A stretch of 64,000 nucleotides of DNA, taken from positions 62,001 through 126,000 of the IMG/VR virus record IMGVR_UViG_3300036766_002181; one strand, given 5' to 3'. Both the position numbers and the translations under genes were made by a program. This document shows, in pieces, positions 9,835-18,721 of this stretch. Each line of letters starts with the position of its first letter. Within the stretch, counting starts at the first letter, position 1. The notes under the pieces are model-generated. The model searched no databases. It had not been told where the DNA came from and saw nothing but the letters and a program-made list of their open reading frames with translations.

Positions 9835-9950
9835 AATTGTTGATATTTATAATCGATTTAAGCCACATCCGATACCATGGCTATCCTGCCATCAGGCTCT
9901 TTTGGAAATGTCACAGAATGGCGTACAGGGCCGCCAAGGGCCAAATATAT

Positions 9951-10940
9951 CTATGTGCAGAACTTTGTTCCCCTGTACGGACAAAAGGGTTCACAGGCCA
10001 TCCTGTTTTTAAAGACAAATCCCTTTCTAACCTGGTTTAACATGCTCTCAACCGTATTAAGGGCACGTTCTACTGCCTTTGGGCCGACCGAAATAGGAAC
10101 AAGCTCAAATCGATCCAAAGGCCTTCTTTGTTTTGCAGGAATTCTCTTCATAAGAACAAAGGCACACTTGGCATCCTTGAGATCAAGGTTCATAAGCTTA
10201 CAAAAATAATGCTTATAAAGAATCAATTGCATTTGGGTTTTAAAATCTCTTTTCTTATTTGCTGGCCAGCCCCAGCTACAAGTTTTTAAATCGATAATAT
10301 AATAGTCATATTCCACGGGTGGGAGCCTACCCTCTTTTTCGCATTGAAGCAGGAGTTTTTTTGTTGGCTCCCTTCTAACCTTGATAATTGTGTCTAGGAA
10401 GCCCTTAAACTTTATGTTGGTTTGTTTTTCAATAGACTCAAATAGGGGATATTCAGTAGCAACAAGTTGCCACCTTGTTCCAAAGGCTTCAAGAAGCCAG
10501 GGTTCAATTTGATTTAATGAATCTTCAATGGCACTTACAAACTCTGGTATTTTGTCCTTAATCTTCTCTAGCTGTTCCTCGTTTAGACTAGACTTTAGCA
10601 TGACGCAAAACTCATTTTCCACATCCTTTGCCTTTGGCAATATCTTTGTTTGAAGATAATTTTCCATTGCCGAGTGCATAATTTTTCCATAAACACTGAA
10701 GATGTTTGAATCAGGTACAGGTGGAGGGATTTTATCTATGTGTTTAAGCTTGTGTCTGTATCTACAATCAATCCAATCAGAAACCTCAGAAAATGAAATA
10801 TGATACTTTCCCGTTGGAAGAATTGTAGGATCCTTAAAAAGAGGAAGCTGAACCCTTCTTCCTTCTTCTGTTGTTGGATTTCTTTTTGTTTCTGCTACTG
10901 CTGCTATTTTTTGTTCTTGCTTGGGAAACGGATATTTCAA
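9951..10940 (-). CDS. Cas4/RecB-like PD-(D/E)xK exonuclease with Fe-S cysteines
   Basis: ISFSEVSDWIDCRY, GKIMHSAME, KGFLD, IIDLKT, QLILY, C-terminal CEPFCPYRGTKFC. Confidence 0.85.
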   Translation of the reverse strand: MKYPFPKQEQKIAAVAETKRNPTTEEGRRVQLPLFKDPTILPTGKYHISFSEVSDWIDCRYRHKLKHIDKIPPPVPDSNIFSVYGKIMHSAMENYLQTKILPKAKDVENEFCVMLKSSLNEEQLEKIKDKIPEFVSAIEDSLNQIEPWLLEAFGTRWQLVATEYPLFESIEKQTNIKFKGFLDTIIKVRREPTKKLLLQCEKEGRLPPVEYDYYIIDLKTCSWGWPANKKRDFKTQMQLILYKHYFCKLMNLDLKDAKCAFVLMKRIPAKQRRPLDRFELVPISVGPKAVERALNTVESMLNQVRKGFVFKNRMACEPFCPYRGTKFCT

Positions 10941-10945
10941 TTTTG

Positions 10946-12001
10946 TTATTTGTTAAACCTCACCCCAAATCTGCACTTGTCATGAAACTCTCTTAAGTTT
11001 CTTGCTCCAACATAGGAAAAAGAACTCCTTATTCCACCGGCAATATCTTCGATAACCTTACTAACTGGCCCTGTTGGTTCAAGAATCTCGCTTTTTCCTT
11101 CTGGCGTTGGCATTTGTTTGTCATTCCTGTATGTTTCTTGAACATCCTTAGAGGCCGAGCCTCTATAGGTTCTTCCTTGTGGAGCCTCGTTACAGGCGGC
11201 CAATAATCTTCCGGTCATAATAAAATCTGCACCAGCGCCGAGGCTTTTACAAATGTCTCCAATCTCAACAAACCCGCCATCGGCAACTATTGAAACATTT
11301 CTGTTGGCAACATGTTCTGACATAAGTCTTGCCTGCCTAAGCCCCTCGACTCCCTTAAGAACAGACTCTAGATTTGGAACCGTTACTCCTGTTACGTTTT
11401 TAGTTTGACAAACGCTTCCTTGGGCAATATTAATCTTTACTGCGTCTGCTCCCCAAAGTGCCAAATCCCTTGCCCCTTCCGGCGTTGCAATATTGCCAGC
11501 GACAACATAAACATTAAAGGTGTTCTTAAGGTATTGAATCATTTGTTTCATATGAAGACTGTGACCATGGGCGATATCAATAACAAAGTATCTTGCTCCT
11601 GCGTCATAAAGGGCCTTGGCTCTTTCGTGAGAATCCCTATTTACACCCACCGAAACAAGACTTGGCAACCTGGCAAAACGTTCATTTTCAGATAATTGTG
11701 TTTTTCTAAATTCATTAACATTGTCTGATATTGACATAAATCGATGAAGAGCCCCAATTGCTCCTGCCTTCTTGAGGGCGAGACACATATTTCCATCTGT
11801 GACAGATTCCATGTTTGCAGAAATAACAGGGACAGGAATTTCTATTTGTCCCAGCTTAGAAGAAATATCTAATTCCTTTCTTGATGAAACATCTGAATAG
11901 TTTGGTATGATAAAAACGTCTGAATAGGATATAGAGCTATCGTATTCAGGACGAATTTTAGGATCTATTACGGTCATACTATTCCTTCTATATTGTTCCA
12001 A
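10946..12001 (-). CDS. IMP dehydrogenase / GMP reductase family protein (no CBS domains)
   Basis: SYSDVFIIP, PVISANMESVT, DIAHGHS, AGNIAT, GSVCQT catalytic Cys, VADGG, KSLGAGAD, YRGSAS, PEG, GGIRSSFSYVGA. Confidence 0.9.
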   Translation of the reverse strand: MEQYRRNSMTVIDPKIRPEYDSSISYSDVFIIPNYSDVSSRKELDISSKLGQIEIPVPVISANMESVTDGNMCLALKKAGAIGALHRFMSISDNVNEFRKTQLSENERFARLPSLVSVGVNRDSHERAKALYDAGARYFVIDIAHGHSLHMKQMIQYLKNTFNVYVVAGNIATPEGARDLALWGADAVKINIAQGSVCQTKNVTGVTVPNLESVLKGVEGLRQARLMSEHVANRNVSIVADGGFVEIGDICKSLGAGADFIMTGRLLAACNEAPQGRTYRGSASKDVQETYRNDKQMPTPEGKSEILEPTGPVSKVIEDIAGGIRSSFSYVGARNLREFHDKCRFGVRFNK

Positions 12002-12906
12002 AAAAAGCTTGGTCGAGATCTAAGATAGGCCATAGTCTCTTTAATGTCTCCATTTTTAAACCAGTCTTCATCCTTGTGTTGAACATTTTCGTTTAAGTCA
12101 AGCTCAAGGCCAAGAAGCTTTGCTTCAATTGTGATTCTTGGTGCTGTATCCTTATCTCTAGGAAAAAATACTAGACCCTTAAATTTAGAAAGACTTATAA
12201 GGAAGTCTTCTGGTTTTAAGCCACCACCAACCACCTCATAAAGAAGATTATTTTTTTTGCAATACTCTTCTGTTTCTTGTTGATTTTTTATCCATGAACC
12301 GCCGCCTAAAACTAACCATTTTCCATTATGACCATTCTTAAGTCTTTCCTGATAAAGCCCTTCAAGTTGATCAAGAGTTTTATCATCAAAGGTAGAGCCC
12401 TGAACAATTAATTTGTTTTTTGGCCAATTGTTCATCTCGGGAAAAAGTCGAAGATATTCATTAAGCTGTCCTTGGGACATAAAGAAAACATGCTCTGCGC
12501 GCTCATAGAAGCCCTTTATAAGCTTACCAGGTTTTTCTAGGTGACAGGCACACTCCTTGCCAGTATTAAGTTTGTGAAGTCCACTGGAGCGAAAAATGCA
12601 TGCCTTAAAATCACATTCAATTACTGAGTATTTTAAACCGCTTGTAGCAACCTCTATTAATATGTCTTGAGTCAGGGCACAAAAGTTTCCAAAGATCCAA
12701 TAGATGCCATGCTCTTTTGATTGTTGTATTAAGTCTCTATATGAGTTAAAAATTTGAGAAGATCTAATCTTAAAAACCCTCTCTGGGCACTTGTTTAAAA
12801 TTGCATCCAGCGTAAGCTCTGCGCCTCCCACTAGATCAGAAGAAAAAAAATCAGCCACTCCAACAAACCTAGTGTTTGTTGGAATATAATATATTGGCAT
12901 ATTCAT
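11974..12906 (-). CDS. Putative GT-B (GT4-like) glycosyltransferase
   Basis: GGAELT N-terminal motif, VFFMSQGQL, DTAPRITIEAKLLG. Confidence 0.6.
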   Translation of the reverse strand: MNMPIYYIPTNTRFVGVADFFSSDLVGGAELTLDAILNKCPERVFKIRSSQIFNSYRDLIQQSKEHGIYWIFGNFCALTQDILIEVATSGLKYSVIECDFKACIFRSSGLHKLNTGKECACHLEKPGKLIKGFYERAEHVFFMSQGQLNEYLRLFPEMNNWPKNKLIVQGSTFDDKTLDQLEGLYQERLKNGHNGKWLVLGGGSWIKNQQETEEYCKKNNLLYEVVGGGLKPEDFLISLSKFKGLVFFPRDKDTAPRITIEAKLLGLELDLNENVQHKDEDWFKNGDIKETMAYLRSRPSFFWNNIEGIV

Positions 12907-12962
12907 TTATTGCAATATGACCAGTATCCTATCTTTGCAACGAAATTTATACCTATGTTACT

Positions 12963-13211
12963 TTATATTTTATAAAGTTCAAATAGATCTGAAAATTCAA
13001 AATTAAAGAATGCTCTTTTTACAAGGCCATATCCACAACAAAAAAAGTAGGCCTCAGAAACACCAAGCACACGCTCGCCATCGACAAATCTAATTGGCAT
13101 AACAATGGTATTTCTTAGGATTTCGACCGATTGTTTCTGATAGTGAAACCAAAAGCTAAGATTTGATCTTGTTCTATATAGACTTCCGAGGAGCAGAGGA
13201 TGATTATTCAT
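12963..13211 (-). CDS. Small PGxLY-family protein
   Basis: LLGSLYR...IVMPIRF. Confidence 0.55.
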   Translation of the reverse strand: MNNHPLLLGSLYRTRSNLSFWFHYQKQSVEILRNTIVMPIRFVDGERVLGVSEAYFFCCGYGLVKRAFFNFEFSDLFELYKI

Positions 13212-13431
13212 GGACTATTTTTTCAAAACAATTTGCGAGTTCTTCTTTTGTAAATCTCCATGAAACAATTTTATTATTGCACCATAGTTCATAATACATG
13301 AATACGCCATACGTGAATACGCCCTGCTTGAAACGAACAGGCATTATAACGGTATTCAAAGAGAGATTGTGATAACTGCAAAAATTATCTGTTTCCCTTA
13401 TCCGATATAGTTCGCCAAGTACAAGAATCAC
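13204..13431 (-). CDS. Small PGxLY-family protein
   Basis: VLGELYR...VIMPVRF...NNKIV. Confidence 0.55.
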   Translation of the reverse strand: MILVLGELYRIRETDNFCSYHNLSLNTVIMPVRFKQGVFTYGVFMYYELWCNNKIVSWRFTKEELANCFEKIVHE

Positions 13432-13649
13432 AAGGCTTCGTCAACTTTTTTAAAATGATTTTTTAACTGCTGGCGATTGAAAGCGGAACTATAAACTTGA
13501 CCAAAAACAAGAAAAGTTACCACAATGATCTTATAGCGGACAACTTCTTTCTTTATGAAAACCAAAACAGTGTTTTTCTTAAATTCGGCATTATCTTGAG
13601 CAGACCAAAATGGATTTTTAACAAGATAAAGACTACCGGGAACCAGCAT
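13428..13649 (-). CDS. Small PGxLY-family protein
   Basis: VPGSLYL...VLVFIK...FLVFGQV. Confidence 0.55.
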   Translation of the reverse strand: MLVPGSLYLVKNPFWSAQDNAEFKKNTVLVFIKKEVVRYKIIVVTFLVFGQVYSSAFNRQQLKNHFKKVDEAL

Positions 13650-13652
13650 AAA

Positions 13653-14759
13653 TCATTTTAATTCTTTGTAGTGATGCATCATGTCAAGATCTTGAGCAAC
13701 GCCCCTGTTCGCAATCTTTCCTTCTCTTGTATTGATTCCCTTTAGTAGTTGCTCAGAAATTCGTCTACTACCTTCTGAAGCGGCAAGCCATTCTTCAATA
13801 TAGGACAAGGTTATCTCTGTAAGCTTGACAGAGGCCTCTTCTGGCCTCTGTCCAGGAAGATTGGGGATGCAACAATAGGTTTTATTTTCAAAGACATAGG
13901 TTGGATCTGAATAAGAGGTTACTTTAGATCCACATATACAACCGCCCTGGTCAATTGCAATATCGAAAATCATTCCATTTTTTTGCACCAAAAACTCAAG
14001 ATCCTCTTTTGCAACAACTGTTGGGGCTCTGGTTCCTTTAACAAGAACTGCCCCAATAAGAAGATTTGCTGTCTTAAGGGCAAATCTTAAATCAGAAACT
14101 CCACCATAAAGAGACTTCTCCATATTTTTAATTCTAACCAGTGGGTAATGTTCCAAGAATAAGAAATTAAGTTCCTTAATTCTTTCTTCTCGCTTTTCAA
14201 AAATTGTGATTCTTTTAATGTCTGGCTTTAAAAGTGCCTGTCTTGCTGCCTCTTCGCCAACCACTCCCCCACCCACAATAACAACCTCTTCAAGAGGGCT
14301 TGTCAAATATCTTTCTGCCAAATCAATAGAGGCCCGCCCGGCAATTTCGCTCATTGGCTTTAGAGCAGGAATATTTCCTTTAATGTCTTCAATGGTATCA
14401 TAAGAAATTCCTGTGATATTGTTATTGATCAGTTCTCTGGCCAGACCTTTATTTGCCGCAAGATGCAAAAAGGCAAATAGAGTCTTTCCCTTAAACTCTG
14501 AAAGCCAGGTATTAAATTCTCGACCAACAGGTTCCTTAACCTTGGCAATTACATCACAAATCTTTGCAACGGCAATTGCATTTGGGAGAATCTTGGCACC
14601 AACATCAAGATAGTCTCTGTCTGAATATCCTGAAAGAACGCCAGCTTTGCTTTCAACAAAAACCTCAAAGCCACGAGACTTAAGAAGCATGGCGCAAGTA
14701 GGGGTTAAACCAACTCGGCCTTCATGATCCTTAACTTCTTTAATCGTACCAATTTTCAT
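13653..14759 (-). CDS. ald: Alanine dehydrogenase
   Basis: MKIGTIKEVKDHEGRVGLTP, KVKEP, FLHLA, LKPMSEIAGR, GGGVVG, DIAIDQGGC, CIPNLPG; start at 14759 by ATGA coupling. Confidence 0.92.
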   Translation of the reverse strand: MKIGTIKEVKDHEGRVGLTPTCAMLLKSRGFEVFVESKAGVLSGYSDRDYLDVGAKILPNAIAVAKICDVIAKVKEPVGREFNTWLSEFKGKTLFAFLHLAANKGLARELINNNITGISYDTIEDIKGNIPALKPMSEIAGRASIDLAERYLTSPLEEVVIVGGGVVGEEAARQALLKPDIKRITIFEKREERIKELNFLFLEHYPLVRIKNMEKSLYGGVSDLRFALKTANLLIGAVLVKGTRAPTVVAKEDLEFLVQKNGMIFDIAIDQGGCICGSKVTSYSDPTYVFENKTYCCIPNLPGQRPEEASVKLTEITLSYIEEWLAASEGSRRISEQLLKGINTREGKIANRGVAQDLDMMHHYKELK

Positions 14760-15070
14760 TGCTCGGATCCATAGTAATGAAAGCCTAACTTTTCGTTCCA
14801 TTCCTTAAGAATCCCTTGGGTCATTGAATGAAAGGCATGTCCATAACTTCCGCTCATCAGTTCTTCAAGAGAAATATCAGCTTCATCTAAACGGATTTTT
14901 TGCTCAGGGGTTCGAAGGTACCTTTTAATTGCAGCCATATGATACTTTTCTTCAAAAAACTCCCCATCTTCTTTCCAAAACCTAACAACTTCTTCCCAAG
15001 TTGGATTTCCATGCAATAGCTCTTCCAGGTCTATTGGCGGCTTTACAATTATTTTATTTGCCTTTAACAC
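14756..15070 (-). CDS. Hypothetical protein
   Basis: 104-aa ORF coupled to ald. Confidence 0.55.
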   Translation of the reverse strand: MLKANKIIVKPPIDLEELLHGNPTWEEVVRFWKEDGEFFEEKYHMAAIKRYLRTPEQKIRLDEADISLEELMSGSYGHAFHSMTQGILKEWNEKLGFHYYGSEQ

Positions 15071-15248
15071 AAAGTCTCCTAATCCTATATTTTATTCTAT
15101 AGCATCCGGCAAGCAAAACAAGAGCAAAAACAACAAAATAACCAAGGGCATAAATAATTGCCTTTTCGCCAAAATATAAATTTTTTCTCCTGTTGTTAAA
15201 GGCATCATAAACCCGTCTTGCTCTTTTGCCTACTTTTCTCTTTTTCAT
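15054..15248 (-). CDS. Small single-TM basic protein
   Basis: Hydrophobic IIYALGYFVVFALVLLAGC flanked by Lys/Arg. Confidence 0.5.
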   Translation of the reverse strand: MKKRKVGKRARRVYDAFNNRRKNLYFGEKAIIYALGYFVVFALVLLAGCYRIKYRIRRLCVKGK

Positions 15249-15249
15249 A

Positions 15250-15546
15250 TCAATATAAAGTTACAGAACAATTTTCCCCAACCACAAGGGTTCTATTTTG
15301 CTCTACTTTTACAGTAAGAGGAGAATTTGAAATAACCTTAAAAATGCTGTGATTGGGAACAAAGGCAGGGCAATTAACGTATCCTATGGCGAGCGGCAGC
15401 AACACACGGTTTTCGTCCTCATTCTTTGCCGTCTTGAGAAACTCAACTCCAAACAACAACAATACAATTAACGTAATTCCAGCAATAGAGTATCTGACGG
15501 CATTTTCTTTTCGAGAAAATGGAACCAATCTATTATAACCTGACAT
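15250..15546 (-). CDS. Single-TM protein
   Basis: YSIAGITLIVLLLFGV TM segment. Confidence 0.55.
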   Translation of the reverse strand: MSGYNRLVPFSRKENAVRYSIAGITLIVLLLFGVEFLKTAKNEDENRVLLPLAIGYVNCPAFVPNHSIFKVISNSPLTVKVEQNRTLVVGENCSVTLY

Positions 15547-15549
15547 ATA

Positions 15550-15756
15550 TTATCTCTGCTCCTGTTGCATCAGGCTGTGTTTAAACTCCAAGACATTCTT
15601 TCGACAAGAAGAACAGTCGTTACAACTGGCGAAACAAATGGCAATAATAACAAGCAAAAATCCGGCATTTGTGAAATTGATCAAAAAATCATTAAAATTA
15701 GAAGGAGCCTTTTGGTGCTTCTCTGTCTCTTCTTTGTTTTCGCCTGCCGTTGTCAT
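15550..15756 (-). CDS. Small single-TM protein
   Basis: AGFLLVIIAICFA, followed by a Cys-rich CNDCSSC. Confidence 0.5.
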   Translation of the reverse strand: MTTAGENKEETEKHQKAPSNFNDFLINFTNAGFLLVIIAICFASCNDCSSCRKNVLEFKHSLMQQEQR

Positions 15757-16394
15757 TGTGCTGTATCGGCCTTTTCTTCCCGTGCAACAATGTCAGCAGC
15801 AGGAGCAATGGCAGGCGAAGCCTCGACTTCTGATTCCTGCCCTGCCTCAACATCCTTGCTTCCTGAAACGGCCTCGTGGATTCTAACTTCCATTTCAATC
15901 TCTTCTGAGACACCAAACGGCTTTCCGTCTCTTTCAAGAATTTCTCCAAAGCCCATTCCAAGGGCCACAGACAAGTCCTCAAAGGCAATCTCTGTTTCGA
16001 TTCCCTGATAATCTGGGTTTCTCTTGGCATCTTCCCAGGTCACGTTTCGCGCCTTCATCAAATCCTTTTTTCGATCAATGTCAAGAATCTTAAATTGGTA
16101 GGCAGCCGGTTCGTGGCGGGGATTTGAACCATTTTCATCAATTCCCTTCAAAATACCAAGGCCAACAACGTCCCCGACCAGAATTCCATCAAAAAACTCA
16201 GCAGAGGCTTCGTCCTCGACAACAAGACGACCCTCTTGAAACTTGTCAAGCTGATCATTGTCCAGGTCATACATGAACTTCCTAAGAGCCGTGCCAAAGG
16301 TCATGGAAGGACGGCCAGGATACCTCTCAGCATTGGGGTGGCTCTTTCTCTTGCTCTTTAGCTTAAAAGTATCAACAACCTTGGTTTCTGACAT
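15753..16394 (-). CDS. Hypothetical acidic protein
   Basis: 213-aa ORF with ATGA coupling; overlapping alternative-frame ORFs look like shadows. Confidence 0.65.
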   Translation of the reverse strand: MSETKVVDTFKLKSKRKSHPNAERYPGRPSMTFGTALRKFMYDLDNDQLDKFQEGRLVVEDEASAEFFDGILVGDVVGLGILKGIDENGSNPRHEPAAYQFKILDIDRKKDLMKARNVTWEDAKRNPDYQGIETEIAFEDLSVALGMGFGEILERDGKPFGVSEEIEMEVRIHEAVSGSKDVEAGQESEVEASPAIAPAADIVAREEKADTAQ

Positions 16395-16406
16395 TTGTTC
16401 TTCTTT

Positions 16407-16643
16407 CTATCCTCTTTCCAGTTTTTCAAGAATTGCCGTTGCGTGAAGAAGCTTTTTAAGATTTCCAGGGGTTCGTAGAATCAAAGAAGAAACCTCATAT
16501 TCCTCTTCAATGGGATGCTTCTTCCATTGACAAACTGCCAATTTCTTATTGTCCAGAAACTTCTTTACAACGACCGTATAAAAGCCAAATCTTCCCTCCA
16601 TGGAGAGATCTTCAACAAATACCTCGTCGCCAACCTTTAGCAT
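16407..16643 (-). CDS. Small KOW/SH3-like protein
   Basis: MLKVGDEVFV N-terminus. Confidence 0.55.
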   Translation of the reverse strand: MLKVGDEVFVEDLSMEGRFGFYTVVVKKFLDNKKLAVCQWKKHPIEEEYEVSSLILRTPGNLKKLLHATAILEKLERG

Positions 16644-16649
16644 ATAATG

Positions 16650-16678
16650 ACATTAGCAAAATCCCACGAGCTTGTCAA
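16650..16678 (-). promoter_or_regulatory. Sigma70-type promoter, probably giving a leaderless mRNA
   Basis: TTGACA (16678-16673), N17, extended TGn-TAATGT (16655-16650), then 6 nt to the ATG at 16643. Confidence 0.7.
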
Positions 16679-16686
16679 GCTTATTG

Positions 16687-16875
16687 CTATTCCTGTTTTG
16701 ATTCCTTGAATAACAACATATTAATATAGGGTGTTCCACTTTGAGAATAAACAATTTCTAAGTCAAAATGAGTTGCACCTTCGGGCAGTTGATCCTTGTT
16801 TTTACAGCCGGCATAAATGCAATACTTTCTGTCAAAAGTAAATTTTTGGTTTTGTTTCTTAATAGTCGAGATCAT
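16687..16875 (-). CDS. Small hypothetical protein
   Basis: 62-aa ORF in the co-directional array. Confidence 0.45.
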   Translation of the reverse strand: MISTIKKQNQKFTFDRKYCIYAGCKNKDQLPEGATHFDLEIVYSQSGTPYINMLLFKESKQE

Positions 16876-16976
16876 AGATTATTTATGCCCTTCATCCTCT
16901 GTCAAATCAAGTATTTGGACTTCCTTCTTTTACAAGACAAAAGATGTGTATCTTTTGATGGTTTCATTTTCTAAAT

Positions 16977-17174
16977 TCACTTTTTAGTAAAAGTTACGAC
17001 TCTTACACGTTTTGGATCAAAGCCGAAATCTTGATCTATCTCTACGATGCCGCTGTTAATGGCCTCTTTTAGCCAGTCAAGCCATCCGATTGCACCCAGC
17101 TTAAAATCGGCCTTTTTCTTTTGGGCAGACATTAAAATATTTCTATAATAATTGCCATCCTCGCCCGGCACCAC
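16977..17174 (-). CDS. Small hypothetical protein
   Basis: 65-aa ORF in the co-directional array. Confidence 0.45.
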   Translation of the reverse strand: MVPGEDGNYYRNILMSAQKKKADFKLGAIGWLDWLKEAINSGIVEIDQDFGFDPKRVRVVTFTKK

Positions 17175-17220
17175 CGCACCTACAACGCATCCAGAGTTCT
17201 TCTGTTTCCATGCTCATATC

Positions 17221-17439
17221 CTATGGCTTGTGGTGTTGGTTGTCAACCGGATAAGCATGCAAGAAGCCATCATTATCCTCAACATAATTCTCGTCGGCCT
17301 GCTCACGAGGAAAGCTCCCGTGCCACTTGCCAATATCTGGATCACATTCTGAGCATAGAGCAACCCTTGGTTTCGACCAAAAATATGACAATGCCGTGTT
17401 CTCCACAACGCCACACTTTTTGCACTTATATAGACTCAA
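17221..17439 (-). CDS. Small zinc-ribbon protein
   Basis: YKCKKCGVVENTAL...LCSECDP..GKWHG. Confidence 0.65.
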   Translation of the reverse strand: MSLYKCKKCGVVENTALSYFWSKPRVALCSECDPDIGKWHGSFPREQADENYVEDNDGFLHAYPVDNQHHKP

Positions 17440-17518
17440 CGCCTTCTCTTTCGCTTGGGCACTGGTCTATTATAGCAACTTGTGGCTCAATGTCAAGCAA
17501 TAAAGGCGACGCTTTATG

Positions 17519-18700
17519 TCAAAGAATGCGGGCAGCCAGGGCACTTAGCTCGCTTCTCAGACCCTCATGTAGGGAAACGTGACCAAACAGGGCATATCCG
17601 TGGAACTTCTGAATGGCCGTTGTAAGGGCATTAAACTTGATACTAAGATCAAGTCTATCAATCTGTTCTATATCTCCTGTAAAGATAACCTTTGTATTTT
17701 GCCCGGCTCTTGTTAAAACTGCCTTAAGTTCGTGCGCAGAAATATTTTGTGATTCATCAAGCAATATGATTGAATTATTAATTGATCTGCCACGAATATA
17801 GGTCAAAGCCTCTACCTCAATAATTCCCTTATTAAGAAAATAATCAAGAGTGGTTCCCGGCTGGTGGTGTTGGGTGGCGGCACCACTGGCCTGTCGCTTC
17901 TCATCATGATAACGCCTGTTGCCTTTTCGATTTCTTTTTTGGCCGTTGTATCGAGCGGTTTCAAATCCGGGTTTAAGAACTTTGTTGCCTCCAAAGCTAT
18001 CAACCGAGGCTGCCATCTCTTCATTGTCTTCCAAAAGAAATTTTAGATTATCCTTTATTGGGCTCATCCAAACGTCCAATTTTTCTCGCATATCGCCCGG
18101 CAAATAACCGATATCTTTTCCAACCGGATGGATCGGCCTTATAATAACGAGCCTCTTATATTTTTTGTTTGGTCCCATGATCTGTTCTAGGGCAGATTCA
18201 ATTGCAATTATGGTTTTTCCTGTGCCCGAAGAACCAATCAGAGTTACAAAGTGAACAGAAGGATCTGTAAGAAGCTCAAAGGCAACGACCTGCTCTACAT
18301 TAAGGGGTTTTAATTTTTCGAATCTTTGTTCTTTAACAAACCTATATTTTCCTTCGTCGCAATACCTTAAAAGCATATAAGGCTTTATATTCTTGTCATA
18401 ATTGATAATCAAAAAGTCATTTTCTTTTAAGGGACAATTTTTTGGTTTAATTTGATCTCCCATAGAAAAATGTGGGCTTGCACTAAAGTCGCCATGAGCA
18501 AATCCCTGATATTCTTCCCAAAATCTAGAAAGGGTTTCTTCGTTTGAAATCTTAATGAAGTAACAAGATGGCGGAATAAAGGAATTTTTCTTTTTTGTTC
18601 CTTCTTCTAAAGACACAGAAGGAGTAGCCTTTGGAGAACTTACCACTGTGGCCTTTTTTAATCTTGAAGAAGAAGCGATCGGAGCTTTTGGTTTTTTCAC
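17519..18700 (-). CDS. phoH: PhoH-family ATPase
   Basis: PLNVEQ, GSSGTGKT Walker A, IGYLPG..REKL..W, YIRGRS, LDESQN, RAG, GDIEQID, RSELS. Confidence 0.95.
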   Translation of the reverse strand: MKKPKAPIASSSRLKKATVVSSPKATPSVSLEEGTKKKNSFIPPSCYFIKISNEETLSRFWEEYQGFAHGDFSASPHFSMGDQIKPKNCPLKENDFLIINYDKNIKPYMLLRYCDEGKYRFVKEQRFEKLKPLNVEQVVAFELLTDPSVHFVTLIGSSGTGKTIIAIESALEQIMGPNKKYKRLVIIRPIHPVGKDIGYLPGDMREKLDVWMSPIKDNLKFLLEDNEEMAASVDSFGGNKVLKPGFETARYNGQKRNRKGNRRYHDEKRQASGAATQHHQPGTTLDYFLNKGIIEVEALTYIRGRSINNSIILLDESQNISAHELKAVLTRAGQNTKVIFTGDIEQIDRLDLSIKFNALTTAIQKFHGYALFGHVSLHEGLRSELSALAARIL

Positions 18701-18721
18701 TGTTTTTATTATTGCTATTGT

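Noticed and set aside
9951-10940. Cas4 as part of a CRISPR-Cas locus
   Set aside because: No cas1/cas2 genes and no repeat-spacer array were seen; solo Cas4/RecB-like nucleases are common phage recombination genes.
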